Shown: positions 16,169 to 30,545, counted from the first letter of the stretch. The stretch: 64,000 nt of DNA from Eledone cirrhosa (GCA_964016885.1 OZ024742.1:274908001-274972000), one strand, 5' to 3'. Notes: generated by a model not told the origin, from the sequence alone. Made by a program: numbers and translations.

Positions 16169-16207
<39 letters not shown>

Positions 16208-16635
16208 TTTTATTTTATCTTATTTTATTTTATTTTATTTTATTTTATTTTATTTTATTTTATTTTATTTTATTTTATTTTATTTTATTTTATTTTATTT
16301 ATTTTATTATTTGTTTATTTATTTATTTATTTATTTATTTATTTTATTTTATTTTGTTTTATTTTATTTTATTTTATTTTATTTTATTTTATTTTATTTT
16401 ATTTTATTTTATTTCATTTTATTTTATTTTATTTTATTTATCTTATTTTATTTCATTTTATTTTATTTTATTTTATTTTATTTTATTTTATTTTATTTTA
16501 TTTTATTTTATTTTAATTTATTTTATTTTATTCTATTTTATCTATTTTATTATTTATTTATTTATTTATTCATTTATTTTATTTTATTTTATTTTATTTT
16601 ATTTTATTTTATTTTATTTTATTTTATTTTATTTA
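7351..16635. repeat. About 9.3-kb (TTTTA)n pentanucleotide array with variant units
   Basis: Directly visible. Interspersed TTTA, TCTTA, TTTCA, TTTTG and TTAA variants recur in blocks. Confidence 0.99.
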
Positions 16636-17253
16636 ACTTATAGATAGAGAGAAAAAAATAAAAATATACATAATGAGAGATTAAATATACTTATTGAGAG
16701 ATGAAAGACAATATATTAAAGAATCAAGGTGATTACACATGTATACATGCATATCGAGATAGAAAACGTTAATACATTGATTTCTATCACATACACATTC
16801 TATTGGGAAAAATCAGTCAACATAGTCATTGTAGTGTGCATATAAAATCCATTCTCCGATCGTTATCGGCTTAAGTGAGACGGGGTGCGTTTCAGGACTT
16901 CAATGTGAAATGGAGGAAAAACAAGTAGTTTTTTTTGTTGCTTTTAGGTCCGCATAAGTTGTTCAAAATGTTAAATTCGTCCGGTAGTAAGGATTCAATT
17001 ATTTCCACAGGAGGGAATTTCCAAACCTATCTTGTAGCCGGTGCCTCCATTTCTTCGTATATATTGGTTATATCATTAAGATCTCAACTTTTAGGAGCAC
17101 ATTCATACGGTAAACATTGATGTAATTCAATTCGAGAACTCAACGCACGTTTTTCCTCGAACATTCGCTTCATGAACATTGTATTTGCCCGTTCCCTTGT
17201 CACTTCAATTTTGGATTACCTCCTGATTGTAACCTTATTATGTAAGAAAATAC

Positions 17254-17326
17254 CTGATAAGATCATGGTACTAGGTACTACGCAGATTCGTGTGGCCACT
17301 GTCGTCATCGAAATACGTATCACGGC
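17254..17326 (+). ncRNA. Decayed hammerhead ribozyme (same family as 57053-57126)
   Basis: CTGATAA, long stem II, GAAATACGTATC^ACGG; stem I is broken. The 3' flank aligns with 57090-57165. Confidence 0.55.
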
Positions 17327-17390
17327 CTTATCAATAAAGGACTTTAATATTTAAACTACTTTGTATTGCCCTATTCTATTTCTTTCTCTC

Positions 17391-17444
<54 letters not shown>

Positions 17445-18266
17445 ATATATACGTGTGTGTGTGTCATATGGGTGAGATTGTGTATGGTGTTTGGCAGAAA
17501 GATATATCTACCTTAAGAAAATAATAGGTCCTCATAGAAACATATGAGAAAAAAATATTCTTCCATTTATTAGTCCTTAACGTCACGTGCTCGGTAGAAT
17601 TACACATTTATAGCAAGTTTCCAATATAATTCTTGATTTTTACGTCTCCATTGACATCAAAAAGTCGGTGAGGCAAAGTTCAACTTCATCACGTCACAAC
17701 AAAGTGACAGACTGTTTCACTTCTGACATCACACAGCATTTCTTTTTTTATGAATTTTATTTTTCCATTATTCCAAAATAATGAAAGTAAATTTATTGTC
17801 TTTTTTCTCTGTGATGTCTTTCTATCTCATTCTTTCTATGAGTTTCTTTTCCACCTCCTCATTTTATCTGACTATATATATATGTGTGTGTGTGTAATAT
17901 TTTCTATTTCTGTGACTTTGACTATAATCTTTTTTTAGGAGTGATATTTCTTCATTATTGTTTCGATCTGTGTATTTTTTTTTTTGTAAGTTTATTTTTT
18001 TGTTAAGTATACATCGATTTTTTTCTCATATTTTTCTCCACCGATTTTCATAGAGATTTTGATGTAACCTGGATGACCCGGTTTTGGCAGAAGCCACATA
18101 TCCATCCAGAATCATGTCAGCTAGTTTATATAAATGTTCCTTATCAAGAAAAATGATATGATCATAAACAGAAAATAATAATATTAATAACCACAATATT
18201 CACAATATCAACAATGAATTTTCTATTTCATCTATATTGCTTTCTCTACATTATTGTTCATGTATG

Positions 18267-18351
<85 letters not shown>

Positions 18352-18794
18352 GGGGGGGGTATGTGTGTGTAACAGTTCGGATCTAGCTGTTGAAACGTCA
18401 GGAACTCAGCTGTCGGTATCCCGAAGTTTTCATGTTACATACTCTAATACCCCAAGTATCGAGTACTCTGGTGAGTAATGGTTTAACCAACTGGTTTTTA
18501 CCACTTCCAGTTACTGTAGGTTCACCCGAGTTAGCAATCGATGCGCAGATTCCAATCGCTAAAGAGGTGTGGAACTAAGCAGAGTGTAATTATAGTAATA
18601 ATAAAAATGACGATTTGTTATGTCGGACTTCTGGTATGGTAATGAGCAAATTCCGGCGACCTTTTGATTTGCGATTCGGGCTAGATCAATACAGGTTGAA
18701 CTTTGAGCAGATCAATAGCGAAACACGCGTCACTACTCAAGAAACGTAATGGAAGCATAACAAATCGTCCTATGTATTATTACTATATATATAT

Positions 18795-21690
18795 ATACAA
18801 ATGAAATAGTAGAAAGGAAAAAGAACTTTTCCTGTAGAAAATGTTGAAGAGATATTTTTGGTGAAATTTCAAAACTTTAATTTATTTATAATACCGTTTT
18901 CAGCATTAAATGCATTTTCGATTGCAGATATGCAGAAAATTGTTAAGTTGCATATTTGTAAAAATAGTGAAAAATAATGAAAGTAACATACTACGAAATT
19001 GCTAAACACAACAGCCAACAGAAAATAATGAGAAACCTAAAAACTCTAACAACCCTTTACAGAGAAGGACATACCGACAACAAGGAATACAACTATATCA
19101 CTGACTTCAAAAGCAAACCCAACGTATCCTACGATATCCCTAGGATACATAAAAGCAAAAAAATAAGTAAGGCATGCAAGGAAGCTACAGACATATTCAT
19201 CAATGTCCCCTCACCCAACGACCTCAAATTAAGACCTATAATAGCAGGTCCCGCTTGTGAAACCCACCGCCTCAGCAACTTCCTAGATATCTTGTTAAAA
19301 CCATTCCTGAAACACATTAAAAGCAACATAACGGAAAACCTCGATATGTTCAACCCTTCCCCCAAAACACTTAATAATGAACATACCCTACTAGTGTCTT
19401 TTGATGTAGTCAACCTTTATTCCAATATACCACACAACGTAGGAACAGAGACAATCCAATTCTGGTTTAAAAATTATCCCAATCAACTACCACACCGCAT
19501 CATAAAAGAATTCCTAATAGAAGGGCTCAAATTTATCTTGGAGAATGACTACTTCGAATTCAATGCCACATTCTACAGACAGAAATCCGGGACTGCCATG
19601 GGCACGAAAACGTCCCCCTCTTACGCCAACCTCGTTATGGGATACTTGGAAATCATCCTCTACCGAAAAGTACTAGATAAATACGGAAACCCCTTCTACC
19701 TCCACATAGAAAAAACTGGAAGAGATATCTGGATGATTGCTTGATCCTCTGGCTTGAAAGCATAAAAAGACCTTTTGAATTTAAAACACTTCTAAATGAA
19801 CCCAACGCAAACATAAAATTTACAATGGAATACAGCCACGAACAACTTCATTTCCTCGACATCCTCATCAAGAAAACCAAGGAACAAAATAGAAACAGAC
19901 ATATACTATAAACCCACAGACTCCAAACAGTATCTCTTCAATTCAACTCATGCCACCCTAGACACACCAACATGAGCATTCCCTACAACCTAGCCAAAAG
20001 GATCTGCACAATAGTATCTTATAAATAGACATGATACATACGACTTGAAGAATTAAAGAACACACTTATTAGCAGGAATTATCCACCATCCTTAATCAAC
20101 AATTGATTCCAACGTGCCCTAAAACACAACATCCAGGAACTTAGACACCCCCAAACCTAGGAATGAATCAAAACTGAAAACTCTACCATGCATCTCCACA
20201 CACAACCCTCTTAATAATGAGGCATTCGACACCATCCTCCAGAACATACCTTTACTAAAGAGAGACCTAAGAATGAACCAAATCCTCCAAACACACAATA
20301 TCATAAAGAGCAAAAGACAACCAAAATCAATAAAATACATCCTTACACAGACCAAAATCCAGCCGAGCCCCACAATAAACCTTACAGTAAAAAACTGCGG
20401 AAAACCCAATTGTTGTATATGTACCAATCTAATAGAGGGATCGGAGTTTCACTTCAAACAAGGACAACACTTTACAGTTAAATGCAATTTCACATGTGCA
20501 TCACAAAACCTGATCTATATGTTGACCTGCTCAGGTTGTCGAGAGCACTACATAGGACAGACCAAAATCAACCTACGACAACGTATGACCGTCCATAGAT
20601 CCCAAATCAAAATACGGGAATACACAAAAATAGCAGTAAGTGAACATATCGCCACCTGCGCATGTAATGAACAACCGGATTTTAGAGTTTTTCCCGTCTA
20701 CAAAATCAAAGATAACGCATTAGCAAGGAATCACAATTTATCGCCAATCACGAACCCCTTATAAATGCTTCCACTTCGGACTAAACAAAAGCTGGCACTC
20801 TTTAAAATCATTACCCTAGACATAACCCTTTAGCAATTTATCCTTCTCCAAGATTCCAGCAACCACTGACAACTATATAATGCAGACCAAGCAACCACAT
20901 AATAACACCCACATCATCAAGTCGTGGAGGACTTCCACGAATATAATCGGATAAATGGAAACATTCAGGTGCCAAACTAAATGCTCCATATTCCCCTGAA
21001 TCTGGAAGCTTCTGCTGAAGATAGAATGGGTATTCCAGTGGCTCTGAACCCCTCTTTGTAACATAATTTTCTCCATCCCCCTAAATCTAAAATTCCTGCT
21101 AAGAATGGAATTAATATTTCAATAATTCTAAATCTTCTTTGTGGCAAAAGAACAAGCTCAATGTTGATTTCATCTAAGAAAAAATACCAAGATAGATATT
21201 TTTAGAAACCCCCCCCCCCCCCCCGTTCAACTGGCAGGTCACGCAGCAAAACATTGTACCCGCTATTCAAAGAGGCCCACATAGCAGTCTGCAGCCACAA
21301 TGACCAACCCCTACATCCTACTCCTCCTTCTTCTCATCCTCTCCCCTCCTGCTTCTTCTCTCTCCAGTCACAACAAAGCCATTAGCAGAGAAGGATGGAC
21401 TGACAAAATGACTTTCTTCTCTGAACGACTACGTATGTGAAAATTTACATTTCTTCCCCTCTCTATATATATTTTTTCGCTTTTTTTCTCTTTTTCCGTT
21501 ATTATCATTATTTTTCACTATTTGTACAGATATGCAACTTAACAATATTCTGCATATCCGGAATTGAAAATGCATTTAATGCTGAAACCGGTATTGTAAA
21601 TAAATTAATGTTTTGAAATTTCACCAAAAATATCTCTTCAATATTTTCTACAGGAAAAATTATTTTTCCTTTCTTCTATTTGTTTTGTAT
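18795..21690 (+). mobile_element. 5'-truncated Neptune-type PLE with an inverted copy of its 3' end at the 5' junction
   Basis: RT 18977-19744 (PRIHK, LRPIIAG, SFDVVNLYSNI, GTAMGTK..PSYANL, then shifted RYLDD). GIY-YIG 20273-20764 with C.KPNCC.C, NLIY..YIGQT. 18795-18980 is the reverse complement of 21505-21690. Confidence 0.93.
21560..21597 (+). ncRNA. Minimal type I hammerhead with U3-A8 core (inverted copy at 18888-18925)
   Basis: AA-TTGAAAA-TGCATTTAATGCT-GAA-ACCGGT-A^TTGT; the inverted copy supplies the GCAA stem I arm. Confidence 0.65.
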
Positions 21691-22169
21691 ATATATCAAT
21701 TCGTGGGTTACCTTTCTACATTCGATATATATATTATCTTTATGACTTTTTAACTTTTTGTAAAATTATTGATTTTCTATATCATAATTCGATGAACTTT
21801 TGTTCAAAAGTTATGCCGAAATGTTTAATTTATTTTATTTTAAAAAACAATGTCACCCTCTAACACGAATTCATTAAAATCGCATATACTTATAGTCGCA
21901 CAATAACATTCTGGAGCCGTCTAGGACTTTCTGGACATTCTAGAACTCTATGAAGCCTTCTAGAATTTACTGAAAATTTATGACGTGCATTTAGAGCGAC
22001 TATATAAGCGTGAGCGTTGGCTGGGCTGTCATTTAGATACGGCAAATGGGAAATATGCGTGGTGTTTGTGATCAAATATTCTTCTTTCTTTCAGAGTATA
22101 AATCTTTCCTGAATTTGAAAGAAGGCTGTTGATTTGCTGAACGATTTCCAAGTATCCATGTTTAAGCAT

Positions 22170-23190
22170 AATGTTTCATACAATATTTGCTTCAACCACT
22201 GAAAGAAACAAAAAGATCTGGACGAAGAATCTCATAAGATTTCAAGAATCACATTAGACAAGAAGAACTGCCCCATAAGAAGAACAATCATGGGAAAACA
22301 AAAGCAGGACACCACTCAAAATACAAATTGTTGGTGGCTATCTATTCCTTGGAACATCCATCAAAGGAAGAAAAGACCGTATAAAAGAAATTGCTGGAGA
22401 AGTAACAAGTTTATGACAAAAGAAATTAAATTTCCTAAATATATCAACTCAAGTGATACAAACAAACCGGATCAAGTTAAACACCTACGATGAATGTTTG
22501 AAACGAGGAAAATATAAATCATTTATAATGGTGAATGGCTGTATAGTGGGGACAAACGATTATATCATCTTCAAATCGAAAGCAAAAGGCATGTTTGAAA
22601 TACAACTGGAAATACTTTGAGTTCCCAAACTATTCAACCATCCAAAAGGAGAAATGTGACCTTGGAACGAACTACAACAACAGTAACAACAACAACAACT
22701 TCAACTTCCGAATCAGGGACCCAATCAGAGAGTGAATGTGAACAGTCCAAAGGTTCTGGAGAAAAATTTAAGAGAAAACGAAAGTATAGCGAAACCAACA
22801 CTGCAACTAAATTAGTAACGTCTTCAAACTTATCAGCCAGCAAAGCAGCAAATGTTTGTCAACAGTTATCTCAAGATCAAGAAAGGATTGACTTTGATAC
22901 GTCTTCCCAATCTGGTATTTATTGATCTACTATTAAAGAAATTATTAAACTTAAAGAAGAAATGAAGAAAACAATACACTTACAAAATTGGTCATTGCAT
23001 ATTGATGGTAAACGAATTGATGGCCAAGAATATCAAGTGCTCGTTTTGAAGAATATAAGATGAGAAGTTAAGTCAGAAGCATTAGGTCTTCCAAATGGAA
23101 AAGCGGATACTGTTGTCAAAAGAATAACAGCTGTTCTAGTTGAATACAATTTCTGGAATAATATAAAAATAATTGTTGCGGACCATTTGA
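22170..23190 (+). mobile_element. DNA transposase remnant, probably hAT-superfamily (hATm-like)
   Basis: WSLHIDGKRIDGQEYQVLVLKN..EALGLPNGKADTVVKRITAVLVEYNFWNNIKIIVAD at ~22985-23185, preceded by a broken N-terminal ORF (22617-22925). Confidence 0.55.
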
Positions 23191-23714
23191 AGAAGGTTGC
23201 GGCTGATGAGGTAATTTATTAATCAGATTGCGCAGTTCCATAACCTACGTTTGATTTGTTCAATTTTTTTCTTCAATTTTTGTTGTTGTTTTTTTTAATT
23301 TCTTATTGAAAAAATATAAATAATAATATAAGGTTAGAAATTTAAATACAATTAAATACGATTTAATTTCCATTTCCAGCAGCCAATGTTCAGTGTTCAA
23401 TTTCATGAAAAAATTGGAAATAATTCAAAAAATTGAAGTTTAACTTTTGAACATTTGTTTTGACAATAAAAAAATATTTCCTTATTCACACCTAATGGTA
23501 TGATTAAAATTTCATAGGAATATTTTTTTTCTAACCACCAGTTATTTATTTTCTCCTTTTTCGTTTTAACATATATTTATTTCAAAGATTTCACCGTATA
23601 GATAATATATATATTTATACATGCATACAAGACACACCGAGAGACGGTGAACATGTGGTGCCGAACACATTTCTCATCCAAATCTCAACAATATCAGTAT
23701 ATACACTACATTTG

Positions 23715-23751
23715 CTAGCAGAAAACCGCCCACCGGGAGGTTTTCTGCTAG
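23715..23751 (+). mobile_element. Helitron-like 3' terminus (hairpin ending CTAG)
   Basis: CTAGCAGAAAACC-GCCCACCGGGA-GGTTTTCTGCTAG, a 13-bp perfect stem. Confidence 0.55.
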
Positions 23752-24127
23752 TCTATATATATAAAACTGAGGATGTCTGTCTGTGTATGTGTGTTAGTTT
23801 GAATCCCTGAAACTAGAGAACCACCCAACCGACTGTTTTCAAACTTTACACATGTAATACTTATGTTTCAGGAAGTGTTCTGAGCGAAAAGAATCTCAAA
23901 TTTTCAATGACCTAGGGACCGCATTAGGCGATTTAGTGATCTCTCTCTATAATTCTTAGTCTTTCTCTTTTTAGATAGATACATACATATAACGTCGCGC
24001 CCTTATAATATCTGTCTGTATGACTAAATGTCTGCATTACGTCACTTCCTACAATTCGCGTCCAAAACGCGCCCTTATAATATCTGTCTGCATCTCTGAC
24101 TGTCTGCATTACGTCACTTCTCTGAGG

Positions 24128-24178
<51 letters not shown>

Positions 24179-24620
24179 TTTGAATCTCTAAATCTCGAGA
24201 AGTACCCAACCAATTTTTTTCAAACTTTACATGTGTATTACTTATCTTTCAGGGAGTGTTATGCACATAAGAAAATTCAACATTTTGATCTCCTAGGGCA
24301 CGCATTAGGTGAAAAACTGCATTTAAAAAGCTTTTTAGGGCTTTTTGGAGGCGTTACGTCTAGCCGATATTCCCGAAATTTCAAAGCATATTATGCACAT
24401 AAAAAAATTCATTTTCTTGATCCCCTGGTGCCCGCATTAGGTGAAAACCTGCATTTTTTCTGCTTCATCGAGGAAAATCTTAAAGATTATCCAGCCATCA
24501 GGGTATTCGGTTTATTTTCTTTACATATTTTACAGACATGCAGTTATTCCACGATTAGGTCTGTTGGCATCCCGCGTTCCAAAATACCTTATCCCATGCA
24601 ACGCCGGGTACCACTGCTAG
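23752..24620 (+). mobile_element. Non-autonomous Helitron
   Basis: 5' TCTATATATATAAAA and 3' CCCATGCAACGCCGGGTACCACTGCTAG followed by T. Internal duplications (23766-23930 vs 24121-24310) and a (TG)n tract. Confidence 0.85.
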
Positions 24621-24989
24621 TTATTATATATAGTTTCCAATTAAGGATTACCATATATTATTAAACTGTATAAAACATGTTAAATATACTTTTAGCAAGC
24701 TATTCTGACAGAACAAAATTATTTACGAAGAATGTAAAGAAAGGAAGATAACTCGTTCATCATATGTGAACATTTAAAGCATTTAAGTATTTTGAAACCC
24801 AAAAGATATTTCAAACCACAAATCAAGAAATTTCTAGTTAAACAATGACCTATCTAAATCCAAACATATGACACTGAGACACATCATGCGATTAATTTAC
24901 TAGATAAAAACGACAAACAATGTTTACGGTAAGGCAAAACGTTATATATATAATTTTTTAAGAATTATTAATAGTCAATATTTATCGAA

Positions 24990-26719
24990 ATTTGTATAAT
25001 GCTTGAAAAGTTCTTCCAGACTTATGTTGACAGCTGCTAAAAAACTCTTTTTTCTTATTAATTAAATTACCATAATTTGTAATTATCAATACAGTCTCTA
25101 AATTGCAAAGATTGCAATTTGTTGAAATGGATGCATTCCGGTAGGAATCAGAATTCTTTAACTTATTCCAAGAAATTGAGTATTTGATATTTTTTTTCCT
25201 TCAAAGACCATATTAATTGTGAGAGTGATGTAGAAAATTGTTTATCTGGATTAGGAAAAGTATGTTTGTGATTGTAAAAGCGAAACTTAAACTTAGATGA
25301 AGTGGCACCAATGTAGTTAAATGTGTTATTATTATTAGTCTTAATGGTACATTTATACACTAGATTCTTGTCAGGGCATTCAGATTTCCTTGTACAGTTA
25401 CGATTCATTTCGATGTTATTTCTATAACCTAAACTATTCGTATTATTATTATTATTTAGAGGTGTTCTACTATTATTCGTATTTAAACTATTATTATTGT
25501 TATTCCAATTAACTAATGTATTATTATTATTATTGCTATTATTGCTAATTATATGCTGGTTCAATTTAAGATTTTTACTATTTATTTTTACTATATTTTG
25601 AGCAATATTCATAGTTGTTGAATAAGAGAGTTTAACTGTGTGTCTATTGAAGATAGAGTAATACGTATGTGATCTAGGGAAACATTTATCCAAGGCTTTA
25701 AAAAATAAATGTGCTAAAGTTGTTTTAATAGCTAAAGATGCTGGTTGAGCATACCAAATTATAGATCTAGTCCTTATTTTTTCCCCCAATTTTTCCTCAA
25801 AGTTGTTGTTTTTACAGTCAATTCCATTATTATTATTATTATTATGAATACTGCGATTATAATTAATATTATTTTTTTCTACATACTCAATATTATTTTT
25901 ATATCCTGCTTTATGTAACGCTTCATTATAATATACAGCTTTACTATTAAATATGGATCTATTAGCAGATAGTCTGGATATTTCTTGTTGGACACTGTTC
26001 ACTATTGTATTTTTAACACTTTTAGGATGATTAGAGCAAAAACAAACATAATTTAAGTTTTCATTGAGTTTATGAAAGGGGTAATAGAGGCCTGACTTCA
26101 AATTAAGAGTTACATCTAAAAAATTAACTATTTTATTGTTATTTTCTACTTCTAATTTTAGGTCATAATTTTTAAAGAATTCTATAATTACTTTCTTTAC
26201 TCTATTTAATTCGCTATTATTATGTCTGTCTACAGTAAATAATATGTCGTCTCTATATAAACCACCGGTAATCTCCGGCAGTTTTCTATTTATCATGTCA
26301 AGGATGAAAATTCCTACAAGATTGGTAACTTGCTCCGAATCAGACGAGCCTATAGTAATGTCAGATCTAGTCCAAAAATCATTATTAAAATCAACCAAGG
26401 TTCGCCTTGCCGTTAAAATGATATTTATCTCGTCACTAGATAGATCCGTGTGTTTATATGCATATGAAATTGCCTTATTTAGTAAGTTAGGAGTTATTGA
26501 TGAATAATAACTCGCTATGTCCATTTGAATGAATTTATGATTTTTCTTATTTTCGATATTATTGAACCAATCTATGACTTCACTAGTGCCTCTCCATAGG
26601 TTAAGCCTTGACCTCAATTTTAACCTATGGAGGGGTGAATATATTTTCGCCTGCGCCTCTAATGAACAACCCAATTTTCTCCCCTCTACTAATTTAAAGA
26701 CAACGCTTGCTACATTCAA
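24990..26719 (-). mobile_element. 5'-truncated Naiad-type PLE (RT, Asn-rich linker, GIY-YIG)
   Basis: 518-aa ORF 25163-26719 with MDIASYYSSI, GGLYRDD, NFLDVTLNL, SNHP and NLVYKC..YIGAT..FYNHKHTF. Frameshifted tail reads CNLC..LINKKKEFFSSCQH. Confidence 0.93.
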
Positions 26720-27767
26720 CGCATTAACAAAGAATCACCTTTTATCGCTAAATACGAACCCCTTTCAAATGCATCCACCAGACGAAACCCAACACTAACA
26801 CCAATGGACAGATTCAGGAAGAGAAATTTCTTTAGAAACAATCACACTGCAGGTAAATTTATAACATAAACGGACAAACTAAGGAAGCCAGCATTACCGA
26901 CTGAAATACTAAGATGGATATAATTAGAAACAGTTACTCCCTTACTCAACTATTTAGGTCAGTCCCAAGGACAGCTCTCTCTACTACTATGAATAGTGAT
27001 GCTATTACTACTACACGACCCCGTCGTCCCATTCTGCTTCGCCCACCTCTTCTTCGTATTTCCCTTCCTTCTTTGCCATTACCCTCTTATTACTCTCTCC
27101 TTTTCTTTCCTCTTCTTCATCTTCTTCTTCATTTTCTTCTTCACCGACTTCTTCCTCTTCTACTTCTTCTCCCTATCCTCCTCCTTCTGCCCCACCTCCT
27201 TCTTCTTCTTCTACTTCTCTTTCTGATGCTCGTTCTCCTTCTCCTCTACTACTAACACTACTACCATTACAATCGAGGTCAACAGGAAGAACATATAACG
27301 AGCAAGTGGCGCTTTCACTACCATTGCTGTAATTATAGTCAACGCGACCAAAGAGAGAAAGCGATAAACAAAAATGTGAACTCTTCTATTTATATGTATG
27401 AAAACCATATTATTTTATGTCATATTCTTATTGATATACAACTTAAATTCATTATAAATGTTATTATAGACTACCGTATTATGAAGAAGCGAACGTGGCT
27501 ATAACCGGTACGATAAATATCTTTTTTCATAAATCAATGTTTGGCTATAATTCTATGAGAAAATCCCATGACCATTTTCTTACGTCTGCGTCCATATTTG
27601 TAGTTTTAGAATATCCCGTTAAATGTGAAAGCAGCGATGCTTTGCTTAAACTTTAATCTGTTCTTATAATAAATATTTGCTCTACGGGTTTATATATATT
27701 ATATATAAATATAATCCTTATCAAGCCCTCTTCCGATTTTAGTCTTCAGATTTATTATTACTATTAC

Positions 27768-27808
<41 letters not shown>

Positions 27809-27905
27809 CCTTATCGAGCCCTCTTCCTATTTTGGTCTTCAGATTTATTATTACTATTATTAATATATATATTTACACACACACACTCACATACACACAC
27901 ACACA

Positions 27906-28001
<96 letters not shown>

Positions 28002-28166
28002 GTTTGTATGTATATATATATATATAATTGTCACAAGTGTAGTGTTTGTGCCAGAGTTTTCAAGTCGCTGGCTGGATTAAAAAGTCACACTCGTTCAGCG
28101 CATCGGTAGGAGTTCTCCTACATGGATATAAAGTAGTGGCCGTACTCGAAAACGAGTTGGCAGCCA

Positions 28167-28283
<117 letters not shown>

Positions 28284-28640
28284 CGGGAGAGGGAGAGAAT
28301 TTCCTGGTATAATCCTCCATACAGTTCCCTCACCAATCACCATTTCTTCTCAAACTTAAAGAAAAGTTTCAAACACAAACACACACTCATATATACCACC
28401 ATATATTTTCGTGCTCTACCACACCTAAATTTCAAATGAGACTAAACACAACATATTGATCGAAGGTTAAGAATAATTTGGGACACATGCATCCTTCAAC
28501 TACCAGCACGGATAATTCAATAAATTAGTTTAATTCACCAAACCTAGGAATCATCAAAGCTAACGAAAATGCTGACACTATCGCAAATAGAGTAGTTACA
28601 GAACAGCATACCGTAGCATATTGTCCTCCTAACTTTCCAC

Positions 28641-28710
28641 ACCGTTACCCGTGTTTGAGACATTAGTAGCGAAAAGAATAGCAACAGCGCTACTAATTTT
28701 ACCAAAACCC
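28641..28710 (-). ncRNA. Decayed hammerhead-like motif (U3-A8 type)
   Basis: TTGGTAA, perfect 10-bp stem ATTAGTAGCG/CGCTACTAAT, then CAAACACGGGTA^ACGG; several core mutations. Confidence 0.35.
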
Positions 28711-29004
28711 ATACAAAACCTGCGAAACGCACGGGATTCAGATAAGCGCCCACAAGTAAATACATTATTTATTCAATCCACGGAATCGGAAGGCAAGACG
28801 AAGATGCAAATATGAGCAACAGCTAAATCCTTTAAAAAAAGATACTATTCCCACACGTAATCTTTCAAGCACACTAATTTAGCCAATACGACCTCATTAG
28901 CTGTGGCAATTAAGTAATACAATCTTAAACATATTAAATATATCTTGGAATGGAATATACTGATTCAAACGAAATCATATAATAGAGGACGGAGGGAGTG
29001 CCCA

Positions 29005-29191
29005 AATAATTGTTTCTACTTTTGGCACAAGGCCAGCAATTATTCCAGTGCATTACTGGTACTTTATTTTATCGACCCCGTAAGGATGAAAGGCAAAGTT
29101 AACCTCGGCGGGATTTGAACTCAGATCATAAAGGGAGGTAACTCTATGCTTCAAAGCATGGCGTCCGACCCTTACCGATACTGCCAATCCA
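29005..29191 (-). mobile_element. tRNA-headed SINE copy
   Basis: Plus strand AATTGTTTCTACTTTTGGCACAAGGCCAGC..GACCCCGTAAGGATGAAAGGCAAAG..GATTTGAACTCAG..GATACTGCCAATCC. Confidence 0.9.
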
Positions 29192-29574
29192 ATGACCACT
29201 AAACAAACATTCCTAAATAAAAGGTATGATATTATAATATCCTGTAACCACACATCTTAAGAATATTTAAATTCTACAAACCAGCATAGCCACTAACTAA
29301 CTTCACCAATATTCCTTCTTCCATAACCATACAAACCCACATAACCTCTGCTGAAATTCGATCATTTAAGCGACCCAGCATAATGTTACCATCGGATAAG
29401 TTAAACCAGGAGCAGAACCATTTAAATTAAATATTAACAGGCTCTCCTCTCTATTCATACACGTTGCTACCTCATAACTTTTATTTCCTTTCCGCCTATA
29501 TAACTATAACACAATTTCAATCACCCAACCTCCCAACTCTCATGGTTTACACATATAACTCCCTAAGCAAACTG

Positions 29575-30545
29575 AGGACGTTAAGACAGTCGAGAATGTT
29601 TAGTGCAGCAGCTTCTGCTTCAGCTGCTACATTCAGTGGACGAAAGAGACTTGGCGTAGCGCCGGATGGCAGGAAGACCCCTTGATTCAATCAAGTCGAA
29701 AATGCCATGCGAGCAAAGAAGGAGGCTTACAAAACTTGGCTTGGAAATAAGACCTTCTTGCACTGGCGGTACAAGCAGACACGAAAGATTGCAGTAGAAA
29801 AGGTAAAGGCTTCCTAGGTTAAGACAGGGGAGGACTTTGGGGGTTAAGCTGCAATCCGTCCTCAGATAAGCAAATAAAGTGTTCTGGCAAACCATCCACC
29901 GACTTCGTAATAAGAAGCTCTCCACCACACCTGCTATCAAGAACGCGTCCGGTGTTCTCCTCTCGTCAGAGAGGTGCATCCACGCAAGCTGGAGAGAATA
30001 CTTTGCTGATCTCCTAAAGCCGATCACAACAGCATCTTCGGATGTACACGAGGTTCATCTGCGAACGGTGACTAATCTCTCAGAAGCTGAGGTTAAAAGA
30101 GCAGTTAAAGAGCTTAAATGTGGTGAAGTAGCTGGGGAAGATAAAATCTGACCTTAACTGTCAAAAGCCTTAAATAGAGAAGCTATTCACTAGTTGACCC
30201 GCGTGTGCTAGGTGGCCTGGATCTCTGGAACGGCACCTACACAATGGCAATCGGGCGTGATAATCGCAATTTTCAGAAAGGGAGACTGGAGAGACTGTTC
30301 CAATTACAGAGGATCTCCATGTTAAGCCTCTCCGGTAAAGTCTATGCGAAGTGTCTGGCAAAGAGACGCCGGGAGATTGTCGAGTTCAAGATAACTGATG
30401 AACAGAGTGGTTTCCCCGCGGACGCAGCACAGCCAATCAAATATTCTTACTGCAGAAGTTATTCGATAAATCGTGGGAATATTGCCAATAAGTATATTCT
30501 TGTTTTGTCGACCTAGAAAAGGCATATGACCGCGTTCCTCAGAAG
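29575..30545 (+). mobile_element. Degenerate RTE-clade LINE RT fragment
   Basis: FWQTIHRLR, WREYFADLL, EVKRAVKELKCGEVAGEDKI, FRKGDWRDCSNYR.ISMLSLSGKVYAKCL, DEQSGF, FVDLEKAYDRVP. Confidence 0.88.

Noticed and set aside
7642-16647. Long ORFs up to 1321 aa of (FILFY)n
   Set aside because: Translation artefact of the stop-free TTTTA repeat.
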